Source: Candidatus Omnitrophota bacterium
GTDB taxonomy: Bacteria; Omnitrophota; Gorgyraeia; S143-82
Direction: 5' to 3'
Assembly (NCBI GenBank): GCA_015494465.1
Contig: WGBD01000002.1
Location: forward strand, 197,267 to 261,266
Length of the DNA: 64,000 nt
Position numbers and translations under genes: made by a program
Notes under the pieces: model-generated
What the model saw: the letters and a program-made list of their open reading frames with translations, nothing else
What the model was told of the DNA's origin: nothing
The model's database searches: none
In this document: one piece after another, positions 54,073 through 62,274 of the stretch
Layout: each line of letters starts with the position of its first letter
Position numbering within the stretch: position 1 is the first letter of the stretch

Positions 54073-54957
54073 TCAGATGTCCACTCCCAAGAGGGCACGG
54101 GCCAATAGACCCACGCCGAAGGAGATTATTATAACAGTTAAATTAATCGAAAGCATCTCAAAAACAATGGAGCGAAACTCCTTATCCTTGACCACCGAGA
54201 CGAAGAAACTGAACACCCAGACCGCAAGGACGCCGTTCAATATGGACCACACCAGCGCCCCTATGTAATTGGCCAATAAAAGATACGGAAATACCAACAG
54301 GATAACCGTTATTATGTAGGCCACCCCGGTAAAGAACGCCGCCACCAGCGGGCTCTTGCCTTCCGCAGATTCCGACTTCTGGGATAGATATTCCGCTGCG
54401 GCCATAGAGAGTGCAGCAGCGACTCCGGTGATGATCCCCGCCAGACCTATAAGACGGGTGTTCCTCAAGGCAAAGGTCAGACCTGCCAGAGTACCGCTGA
54501 GTTCCACCAAGGCGTCGTTGAGGCCCAACACCATAGACCCGACGTACTCCACCTTCTTCTCCTCTATCATTCCCAAGATCAGGTCCTCGTGGGCCATCTC
54601 GTCCCGGAGGATAGGCTCCGCCTCCTCGAACCTGGCTATCTGGGCCTTGTACTTCTCCTCCGCCTTGCTCTCTCCCCTCTCCATCAACTTAGCGGTAAAG
54701 GACAGCCCCAAAAGCCGGGCCAGGAGGGTATAGAAGAGGATCTTCTTCTTATCCGGAGGGACATCCTGCCCGGAGTACTTCCTCCATATCTCGTAGTGTA
54801 GGAGCTCGTCCTTGGCTATCTTCAGCAGGACATCTCGGTTCTTGCCAGTGGCAAGTCTTGCCAGCTCACTGTAGACATAGTGCTCGGTTATCTCACTTCT
54901 TTGAAATCCCCGAATCATCTCCAGATCCTTTGGAGACAGCCTTATCTGCTCCGCCAT
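54073..54957 (-). CDS. VIT1/CCC1-family iron/manganese transporter with N-terminal ferritin-like (Er) domain
   Basis: 294 aa. N-terminal rubrerythrin-like segment EITEHYVYSELA...EAEP. C-terminal 5-TM VIT domain. The start may be the downstream Met at 54918, because the first 65 nt overlap the ankyrin gene. Confidence 0.7.
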   Translation of the reverse strand: MAEQIRLSPKDLEMIRGFQRSEITEHYVYSELARLATGKNRDVLLKIAKDELLHYEIWRKYSGQDVPPDKKKILFYTLLARLLGLSFTAKLMERGESKAEEKYKAQIARFEEAEPILRDEMAHEDLILGMIEEKKVEYVGSMVLGLNDALVELSGTLAGLTFALRNTRLIGLAGIITGVAAALSMAAAEYLSQKSESAEGKSPLVAAFFTGVAYIITVILLVFPYLLLANYIGALVWSILNGVLAVWVFSFFVSVVKDKEFRSIVFEMLSINLTVIIISFGVGLLARALLGVDI

Positions 54958-56680
54958 GATCTCCCTCCTTTTTCTTTAAGACCGATACCAGCCTTTGGCA
55001 ATCTATGTTCAGGCCGTTTTCCCTCCAGGCCTTACAATGCCTTATCCACGCTTCGTTCAACGACCTGTTCTTCAGCAACAGATCCTCGTAAGAGGCCCTA
55101 GCCCTGGACAAGGGGCTCCTGCTCCCCCTCCCCGCCCCCGCGGAGAGAAGGATATCCACTATCTCCGGCTTCACCGCAAACATCAACCCATACTCCAGAA
55201 CAGAGAACCCCCGGTAATCCCTCTCTTGAACATCCGCCCCTGCCTTTATTAGCCAAGCTATCACCTCCTCGTCCCAGCCCCCCCGAATGGCCACCATCAA
55301 TGGGGTCTTACCAAATATGTCCTTGTGATTGACTCCCACCTTCTTTTCCGCCAACACCTCAAGGACCTTCATTAGGTCGGCCTTTCTCCCTCTCGAGGCC
55401 AAGGCAAGGGAATAGAGACCGTAGCCCTCTGCCTCCCGCACATAAAACGGATTGGCCCCCGCGGAGAAGAGGATGCGAAGTATCTCTGCATCGTGTCTGG
55501 AGGCCGCTATAGCGACGGGTTGGGTGTAATTGGGCCCTGCCTTGGGATAAGCCCCTACAGAGATGAGGGCCTTCACTGCCTCAACCGCACCGTTGGCAGT
55601 AGCTATACCGAGCAAGGTGATCCCCACATCTCTGCCCCTGACCTTGAACGGCAGGACCTGGTTGGGATTGATCTTGAAACGCTCCTTCAACACCTTTACA
55701 TCCCTCTCCACATGGCGGTTCTCTCGGGAGAGGATGTATTCCCAGAACCGAATGTCCCGAAACAACCTCATACGCCTATCCGCAGATAAACCAGAAAGGA
55801 TCTCCGCCAACATCTCAGTAGAGCCATACCGAGAAATAAGACGGAATAAGAGCACATCATCACCAACCTTTTCCGGTATCCAGCGGTACTCCAGCCCACC
55901 CTTATCAACTATCCACTTGACCTTGTCCGCTCGACCGCTCATCACGCAGGCGCTCACCGGGCAAAAACCCGCCGAGCAATCCCGAAGGCTGGCCCCACTC
56001 TTGAACATGAGCTCCAGCAGGTCCACCCCTATGGAGGGGGAGGCACAGGCGAATATGAACGGCGAAGGGTTACCATTTACCGCCAGATTGGGGTCCGCCC
56101 CAGAACGGAGCAGCATCTCTACCGCTCGGATCTTTACCGGGGGCTTTGCCATGGCAACCAACAAGGGGACCCTCCCTTTGGGATCGGGGGCGTTCACATC
56201 CACCCCTGAAGAGATCATCTTCTGCAGGAGTTCTTCACTGTAACACCTCTCCAAGACCAGGGCCAAGGCATCCTCGGGAAGCGGAAAGCCCCGCTCCAAG
56301 AGCCCTTTCACGCAAGCGGGTCTACAATGGTAAAGACTCCAACCCAAGGCCTTCTGTCTCCACTTCGCATCGAGGACCCCGAGGGTAATAAAGTCGTCTA
56401 AAATGTCGCACCTCTGCCACGAGAGCATAGCTGAGACCAAGGCGTCCTTAAAAGAGGCGCGTTGTTCTGGGGTAAGCCCCTTGACCAAGCTCACCACCTC
56501 TTCTGCAGGTGTGGATCTCCAGAATGTATCGGACCGAAACCTTTCAATCGTCGAAGGCGCTGGATTAATGGTATCCCTATGGAACCACGGCCTGCGATAA
56601 AGTCCCCACAGCAGGACAAGGAGTATCCCTAGCAGGACCAGACCTAGGATCGGTTTGAAAAACTTGCCTCTCCTACTCAA
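54893..56680 (-). CDS. membrane-anchored ankyrin-repeat protein
   Basis: 595 aa with an N-terminal TM helix (ILGLVLLGILLVLLWGLY) and at least 8 ankyrin-like repeats, e.g. GADVNAPDPKGRVPLLVAMA, GADPNLAVNGNP, GVNHKDIFGKTPLMVAIRGG, GADVQERDYRGFSVL. Confidence 0.7.
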   Translation of the reverse strand: MSRRGKFFKPILGLVLLGILLVLLWGLYRRPWFHRDTINPAPSTIERFRSDTFWRSTPAEEVVSLVKGLTPEQRASFKDALVSAMLSWQRCDILDDFITLGVLDAKWRQKALGWSLYHCRPACVKGLLERGFPLPEDALALVLERCYSEELLQKMISSGVDVNAPDPKGRVPLLVAMAKPPVKIRAVEMLLRSGADPNLAVNGNPSPFIFACASPSIGVDLLELMFKSGASLRDCSAGFCPVSACVMSGRADKVKWIVDKGGLEYRWIPEKVGDDVLLFRLISRYGSTEMLAEILSGLSADRRMRLFRDIRFWEYILSRENRHVERDVKVLKERFKINPNQVLPFKVRGRDVGITLLGIATANGAVEAVKALISVGAYPKAGPNYTQPVAIAASRHDAEILRILFSAGANPFYVREAEGYGLYSLALASRGRKADLMKVLEVLAEKKVGVNHKDIFGKTPLMVAIRGGWDEEVIAWLIKAGADVQERDYRGFSVLEYGLMFAVKPEIVDILLSAGAGRGSRSPLSRARASYEDLLLKNRSLNEAWIRHCKAWRENGLNIDCQRLVSVLKKKEGDHGGADKAVSKGSGDDSGISKK

Positions 56681-57071
56681 ACTTGAACTCCATATCTATC
56701 TCATCAGCCCTGTCCATGTGCCGTTTTACCGCACACAGCTCCATGGCCCTAACCAGGGCGTCCTTGTACCTCTCAGGGAAACCCTCAGGAAGGGTTACCA
56801 AGAACTCCATACGGGAGAAAAGCCTCTTATCCTTATCCCAATGGCAGACCAGCCTTAAACCCAAGCCATTGGTAGGAATCCCTCTCCGCTGGCAGAAGTT
56901 CAGGGCGTATACCCCAGCGCAGGCGAGCAAAGAGGCCAAGAAGTAATCAAACGGCTCGGGATAGGCCCCCTCACCTCCGCCCTCCGGAGACTGATCGGTG
57001 TTTATTACGAACCCATCCACCTCAACATCAATGCGTTTCCTGCCGGAAAAAACCAACTTCAGTTCCTTCAT
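56673..57071 (-). CDS. OsmC/Ohr-family peroxiredoxin-like protein
   Basis: Start at ATG 57069-57071 (MKELKLVFSG...). OsmC fold motifs FLASLLACAGVYALNFC. Confidence 0.75.
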   Translation of the reverse strand: MKELKLVFSGRKRIDVEVDGFVINTDQSPEGGGEGAYPEPFDYFLASLLACAGVYALNFCQRRGIPTNGLGLRLVCHWDKDKRLFSRMEFLVTLPEGFPERYKDALVRAMELCAVKRHMDRADEIDMEFKFE

Positions 57072-57149
57072 ACAGCCCCTCCTCCACGGAAAATCGACCA
57101 CCGATTCGGCTCAATGACAGCCACTATAGGATACCACCAAACGAACGGG

Positions 57150-57190
57150 ATAAACAAAACAAAAGAGGGAGGACGAACCTCCCTCTTTTA
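57150..57190 (-). terminator. Rho-independent terminator downstream of hsp20
   Basis: The minus strand reads AAAGAGGGAGG-ttcgt-CCTCCCTCTTTT followed by GTTTTGTTT. It is a perfect 11-bp stem with a 5-nt loop and a U-rich tail. Confidence 0.6.
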
Positions 57191-57215
57191 AGGGTTGGGA
57201 TCCGGCAGGCGGATC

Positions 57216-57683
57216 TTACTTGACCTTGAGTTTTATCTGCTTCGGCTTGGACTCCTCCTTCTTCGGGAGGACGATCTCAAGCACGCCGTCCTTGTAATTG
57301 GCCTCCGCCTTGTCCACCTCCACCTCAGCGGGCAAGGCAATGGAGCGCTCGAAGGTGCCATAGAAGCACTCCCGGCGGTAATAATTCTTGTCCTTCTCCT
57401 CCTTTTCCTCCTTACGCTCTCCCCGGATGGTGAGCACTCCATCCTCGATGTTGATCTCCACATCGTTCTTGTCCACACCCGGCAGATCCGCCTTGATGCG
57501 GATCTTGTCCTTATCGTCGATGATGTCCACCGATGGCATCCATTCACCGCCGGCAGACTCTATGGCCTCCCTCGGCAGTCTCGCCAGAGATAGGTCAAAA
57601 AGCCTGTTCATGTCCTCCTGCAACTCCGCAAGATACCGGAATGGATCCCAAACCTCTCTCCTTCTCCACTTGATAAGCGCCAT
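57216..57683 (-). CDS. Hsp20/alpha-crystallin small heat-shock protein
   Basis: 155 aa with an ACD domain. SD GGGAGGTGA upstream. Confidence 0.9.
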   Translation of the reverse strand: MALIKWRRREVWDPFRYLAELQEDMNRLFDLSLARLPREAIESAGGEWMPSVDIIDDKDKIRIKADLPGVDKNDVEINIEDGVLTIRGERKEEKEEKDKNYYRRECFYGTFERSIALPAEVEVDKAEANYKDGVLEIVLPKKEESKPKQIKLKVK

Positions 57684-57779
57684 ACTATCACCTCCCTAGA
57701 TCGTTTAAATTTAGCACTCCAAAATCCCAACTGCTATCTTCTTCCCAAAATAAACTCACCCTTATCGGGCGACTTCATT

Positions 57780-57806
57780 TTAGCACTCCAACTATGCGAG
57801 TGTCAA
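57780..57806. promoter_or_regulatory. CIRCE-like HrcA operator (TTAGCACTC-N9-GAGTGTCAA) upstream of hsp20
   Basis: Read directly; 16 of 18 positions match the consensus TTAGCACTC-N9-GAGTGCTAA. An extra half-site TTAGCACTC sits at 57711-57719. Confidence 0.55.
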
Positions 57807-57811
57807 GAATT

Positions 57812-59242
57812 TTATCTTTCTGGTTTCCAATTAGTTATGTAATCTATCGCCTCCTCCCGGGTGCGGATTCGGCCCAGCTCCTGCAGTTCGCGGACCTCCC
57901 TCAGTATCCGGCCCACGACCGGCCCCGGCCCTATCCCCCTTATCCGCATCACATCGTGGCCGTCCACCAGCTTGGGCAGGGAGGTCTTGCGGAGCCAATC
58001 GGCGTAAAGGTTGATCATGTCTATGATCCGCTTGCGATGGGAATAGAAGTTCCTCCAAGGATTCAACTTTCCCCGGGTGGCCCAGGCATCCGCCCAGGAG
58101 ACCAAGAGGATCCCCAAGGCCTCGCCCTGGCACTGGCGGAAGAAGCGGTACAGGGCCTTCTCCGTTACACCTTCCTTGGTAAGATCGCCGGGGCGCATGT
58201 GCATAGCCACCACGGTGGAGACCACCTTTATCTGCCTCCGGGAGAACCTGAGGTTCTTCATTATGCTCTCTATCAATCTCGCCCCCACCACCTCGTGCCT
58301 GTAGAACACGACCCTGCCGTCCTCCACCTGCCTCTGCACCGCAGGTTTGCCGATGTCGTGGAAGAACTCCGCCCACTTGAGCAAGGCATATCTGCTCCAA
58401 CTCCCTATCTTTTCCTCCAGATACTTTTGCAGACCCCTTTTATCCCTTATCCTCCCGATCCTCTTCAATCTGGGCAACAGGTCCTCCATCCTGCGCAGGG
58501 CCAACATGCTGTGCTCCAATACATCCAGATGGTGATAGGGGCCCTGCTCCACCCCCGCCATGGAATCCAACTCCGGAATCAACAAGGGAGATATCCCCTT
58601 CAGATACATAGCCCACCACCAATTGAAGCAGGAAGGGGAGGAAAAGAGGCGCGACAGCTCCTGATTGATGCGCTCTGCCTTCACCCAGACCAGTCGCTTG
58701 GCATCCCTACCGGAAAGGGCCCCGATAACACTCCTGCCCCAGCGCAGTCCACACTGGGCAGGTAGCGAGAAGGCCCGCAACACCCTAAGGGGATCCAATC
58801 CAAACGCCCGGGGGGAACAAACCTCCAAGGTACGGGCGGTGAGTGCCCCCAAGCCATTTAGGGGATCGACTACCTCACCCGAGTGCAGGTCCACCGCTAT
58901 CGCGTTGAGGGTAAAGTCCCGCCTCCGCAGATCCTGGCGAAGGTTTCCCTGCATCTGGGCCACATCCACCGTGCAATCCCTACCCAAGACCAAACGGTAA
59001 AGCCCCATTCCCTCGTCCAAGACCACCACGACCCCACCAAGCCTCTCGCGTAGGAGATTCACATCCTCCCAGGCCTGAGGAGATACGATGTCCACATCCA
59101 GTTTTGACCTAGGAAGACCCAAGAGGGCATCCCTTACGAGCCCACCAACCAGATAACGCCCCTTTGGCAGGACATCCCTGATATGCCTAACCTGTTCCCA
59201 TTCCTGAGGAGACAGTGTCTCAAAAGGAAAGACCTTCATCAA
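57812..59242 (-). CDS. cca: CCA-adding enzyme / polyA-polymerase-family tRNA nucleotidyltransferase with HD domain
   Basis: 476 aa. Head-domain motif GGLVRDALLG...DVDI. HD motif FHDIGKP. Confidence 0.75.
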   Translation of the reverse strand: MMKVFPFETLSPQEWEQVRHIRDVLPKGRYLVGGLVRDALLGLPRSKLDVDIVSPQAWEDVNLLRERLGGVVVVLDEGMGLYRLVLGRDCTVDVAQMQGNLRQDLRRRDFTLNAIAVDLHSGEVVDPLNGLGALTARTLEVCSPRAFGLDPLRVLRAFSLPAQCGLRWGRSVIGALSGRDAKRLVWVKAERINQELSRLFSSPSCFNWWWAMYLKGISPLLIPELDSMAGVEQGPYHHLDVLEHSMLALRRMEDLLPRLKRIGRIRDKRGLQKYLEEKIGSWSRYALLKWAEFFHDIGKPAVQRQVEDGRVVFYRHEVVGARLIESIMKNLRFSRRQIKVVSTVVAMHMRPGDLTKEGVTEKALYRFFRQCQGEALGILLVSWADAWATRGKLNPWRNFYSHRKRIIDMINLYADWLRKTSLPKLVDGHDVMRIRGIGPGPVVGRILREVRELQELGRIRTREEAIDYITNWKPER

Positions 59243-59718
59243 AGCAGAGGAAGAATCTGAGCCTCCATGGCCTCGGTATCCAAGACCGCAAATGTGGGAT
59301 TACCGGTAAGATAACCGCAGAGCTCGCCGGGATTTACCACCAGACAAGCACCTTCCTTGCGAATCTCCTTCTGGTGGGTGTGGCCGTAAACGACCACATC
59401 CTGAGAGGCATAGAACTCCGGGGATACCTCCTCGGGCTTGTGGACCACCACTATCTTCTTACCGTCCAATTCCAAGGATAGCGGTGGTTCGCTTATTCGC
59501 CCTGAGGAGACCTTGACCAAACCGTTCTTCTCCCCGTCGTTGTTGCCAAAGACCCCCTTCCACTCTATCCCCGAATCCATCAAGGGGCGGAGGGAAAACG
59601 GGGCGACGAAATCCCCCGCGTGGAGCACGAACTCGACCCCCAGTTCCCTGAAGCGCTCCACGGCCCGCTTTATCAAGGGCATGTTATCGTGGCTGTCGGA
59701 GATGATCGCTACCTTCAT
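59239..59718 (-). CDS. YfcE/MJ0936-family metallophosphoesterase
   Basis: 159 aa. Motifs IISDSHDN, GDFV and GHTH. Confidence 0.8.
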   Translation of the reverse strand: MKVAIISDSHDNMPLIKRAVERFRELGVEFVLHAGDFVAPFSLRPLMDSGIEWKGVFGNNDGEKNGLVKVSSGRISEPPLSLELDGKKIVVVHKPEEVSPEFYASQDVVVYGHTHQKEIRKEGACLVVNPGELCGYLTGNPTFAVLDTEAMEAQILPLL

Positions 59719-59724
59719 AAGGGA

Positions 59725-60129
59725 TCAGATCTCGAATATGTCTGCAGAGTCCAGGACCTCTTCCTCTACGAAGATCGGGACACCCACCCTTAAGGCTAAG
59801 GCTATGCTGTCCGAGGGCCGGGCATCCACCCACACCTCCGAGCCGTCCTCCTTTTCCAGAACGATCTTGGCGTGGAAGGTATTGAACTGCAGTTTGTCCA
59901 CCACCACGAACTTCACCTTTGCCCCGAGGGACTCTATCACCGACTTCAACAGGTCGTGGGTAAGAGGACGCGGTGGCTCAAAACCGCTTATCTTCATCTT
60001 GATAGAGGTGGCCTCCGGGAGGCCAATCACTATGGGTAGAAAGCGCTCGCCGTCTATCTCCTTCAGGACTATCACCTGATCGTGGCGCTTCTCGTCAATG
60101 ATTATCTTGGAAAGCTCAACCTGGACCAT
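59725..60129 (-). CDS. DUF151 bifunctional-nuclease-family protein
   Basis: 134 aa. Motifs VLKEIDGERFLPIVIG...ESLGAKV...DARPSDSIALALR. Confidence 0.65.
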   Translation of the reverse strand: MVQVELSKIIIDEKRHDQVIVLKEIDGERFLPIVIGLPEATSIKMKISGFEPPRPLTHDLLKSVIESLGAKVKFVVVDKLQFNTFHAKIVLEKEDGSEVWVDARPSDSIALALRVGVPIFVEEEVLDSADIFEI

Positions 60130-60170
60130 ATTGCAATTTTAACAGATATCCCCGCAGGTGTAAACCGCCC

Positions 60171-62195
60171 CTACGCAGTGGCGAAGGCTTTGTCCACTTC
60201 CCATATCTTGTTGAGGTAGTCGTGGACCATCCGATAGGTGTTAAAGTAGGAGGCCTGGGCAATCGCGTTTATCATCTTGTCTATCCACGGGGAGCTCAGG
60301 TCCACTTCACCTTGGCGATTGGTGGAGTAATAGAGAGAGACTACTTCCTCCAGGGCAGAGTAAAGGGCCTCCGCATCCTCGTCCAACCTCAGGTTCAGCT
60401 CGTTGCTGGCGTCGTTGGTCTCGTCCCTGTAGCCGAATATCCAGCCGATGTCCTTGTCCTCCGCCTCCACTACCCATCCGTCCAAGGTGGTCAACTGCAG
60501 GACACCGTTCAATATCGCCTTCATCCCACTGGTGCCCGAGGCCTCAAACGGAGGCAGGGGATTGTTGAGCCAGACATCCACGCTGTTCGTCAGCAACTTA
60601 CCAAAATAGGTGTCGTAGTTCTCCAGCATCATTATCCGTATGTAGGCCCGGTGCTCGTAGAGGGCGTCTATCTTGTCCATCATCTCCCGGATGAAGGTGA
60701 ATCCGAGGTTGTCCTGAGGATGGGCCTTCCCCGCCATGATGATCTGTATCTTGCCCAGTCTTCTTGCGATCTCCACCAGCCTGTCAGGATTCCTGAGGAT
60801 GAGGCTCGGCCGTTTGTAGGCCGCTATCCTTCGGGCCCAGGCAAGGGTAAAGACATTCTCGTCCACCCCCCACTTCCAGAGCAGGTCCACCAACTGGCGC
60901 TTGTTCTTCTGGTGGGCCTGCCAGAGGTCCCTGCGGAACTCCTGATTGGACCTCAACTGCTCCACATTCTGCAGTCTCGTCGGATCCTTCTCCCAATCAC
61001 CAAAGACATCCCGGTACTTGTCAAACAGGTTGCGGAAGGCATCGGAGACCCAGGTGAGGGTGTGCACCCCGTTGGTTATGGCCACTATCCTGTCCTTGTA
61101 ATCCGGGAACTGATTGTGCATCACCCAGGAGTGCTTCAGGGCAACCGCGTTTATGTGAGAAGAGGCGTTCATAGCCACCAATGTAAGGTTTATTATCCCC
61201 GGCCTGTCGGGTTCGGTGCCCAACCGCTCCAGTATAGAGATGTCCTCCTCGTTCAACACCGCCCGCAGGTCGTTCACATGGAACCTGTCGTGGCCAGCGG
61301 AGACCGGAGTATGACAGGTGTAGACGAACCTCTTCTTCTCTTCCTCTATCTCCCCATCCGACCGTCCCCTGGCCCGCTCCAAGAAGGCAAACGCAGCGTG
61401 GCCCTCGTTCAGGTGATAACGCACCACATTGTAACCCAGCTCATCTATTGCCTTCATCCCCCCCAGCCCGAGGATGACCCTCTGGTATATCTTCCACCAG
61501 GGATTATCACTGCGATACAACTGATCCGTGAGTTTCCGCAGGGGCTCGGGGTTCTTCTCCAGATTAGCGTCCAGCAATATGAGAGGGACCACGAATCGGT
61601 GATCGTAACTGTAGACATAGTACTTCCACAGCCTTAAGTGGAGCTCGTCGTTTCGCATCTTTAGGCATATCTCTTTGTCGAGAGGAATAAGGCCGGGATA
61701 GTGCCAAGGATCCCAGTGCATCTCCTCGGGCAACTGGCCATATCTGAACCAGAAGTTCTGCTTAAAGTATCCCTTGTTCCAGAGGATGCCTATCGCAACT
61801 ACCGACATTCCCAGGTCTGCCATAGACTTGGTCGTGTCCCCTGCCAGGACTCCCAGACCACCGCTGTATATCGGCAGGTCCAGCATCTTATCTATCTGGA
61901 TGTCCAGAAAGTAATCCAAGGCCCGCATGTTGGAGAAGACCTCGTGGCGCCGGAACATGTTCGCCTCCGGGATCTCTCCCGAGACGGGAAAGGAATTGTA
62001 TATGCTGGGTGCCAGACCGTATTCCATAGAGAAGTAGGCTATAGAGGTGAGATCTGGTGAGGCAAGGGCCTCCTCCGCCTTCAGTATGGGCTCCAAAGGA
62101 AAACCGTAGAAACTGTCCTCGGTGATGTACTTGGCGTAATTCTCCTGAAAGGATTCTATCGGATTGATTTCCAGAAATCTGGCCAACCTGCTCAC
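60171..62195 (-). CDS. alpha-glucan phosphorylase (GT35, short glycogen/maltodextrin phosphorylase type)
   Basis: 674 aa with GT35 features (EGHAAFAFLER..., pyridoxal-Lys region MAGKAHPQD). Confidence 0.8.
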   Translation of the reverse strand: MSRLARFLEINPIESFQENYAKYITEDSFYGFPLEPILKAEEALASPDLTSIAYFSMEYGLAPSIYNSFPVSGEIPEANMFRRHEVFSNMRALDYFLDIQIDKMLDLPIYSGGLGVLAGDTTKSMADLGMSVVAIGILWNKGYFKQNFWFRYGQLPEEMHWDPWHYPGLIPLDKEICLKMRNDELHLRLWKYYVYSYDHRFVVPLILLDANLEKNPEPLRKLTDQLYRSDNPWWKIYQRVILGLGGMKAIDELGYNVVRYHLNEGHAAFAFLERARGRSDGEIEEEKKRFVYTCHTPVSAGHDRFHVNDLRAVLNEEDISILERLGTEPDRPGIINLTLVAMNASSHINAVALKHSWVMHNQFPDYKDRIVAITNGVHTLTWVSDAFRNLFDKYRDVFGDWEKDPTRLQNVEQLRSNQEFRRDLWQAHQKNKRQLVDLLWKWGVDENVFTLAWARRIAAYKRPSLILRNPDRLVEIARRLGKIQIIMAGKAHPQDNLGFTFIREMMDKIDALYEHRAYIRIMMLENYDTYFGKLLTNSVDVWLNNPLPPFEASGTSGMKAILNGVLQLTTLDGWVVEAEDKDIGWIFGYRDETNDASNELNLRLDEDAEALYSALEEVVSLYYSTNRQGEVDLSSPWIDKMINAIAQASYFNTYRMVHDYLNKIWEVDKAFATA

Positions 62196-62274
62196 ATCTC
62201 CCCCCTGATTTGCGCCACCCCTTCTACACGGTCCCTATTATAACATCGCCCTAATGAATAGGGAATAAGAAAAC

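Noticed and set aside
57794-58765. 323-aa plus ORF and 189-aa minus alternative-frame ORF inside the CCA-enzyme gene
   Set aside because: Off-frame or antisense artefacts. The CCA/HD-domain frame is clearly the coding one.
60222-61637. 471-aa plus-strand ORF antisense to the alpha-glucan phosphorylase
   Set aside because: Same codon-bias artefact. Low-complexity L/P/V/Q/H-rich sequence, no start context, and the sense gene is unambiguous.
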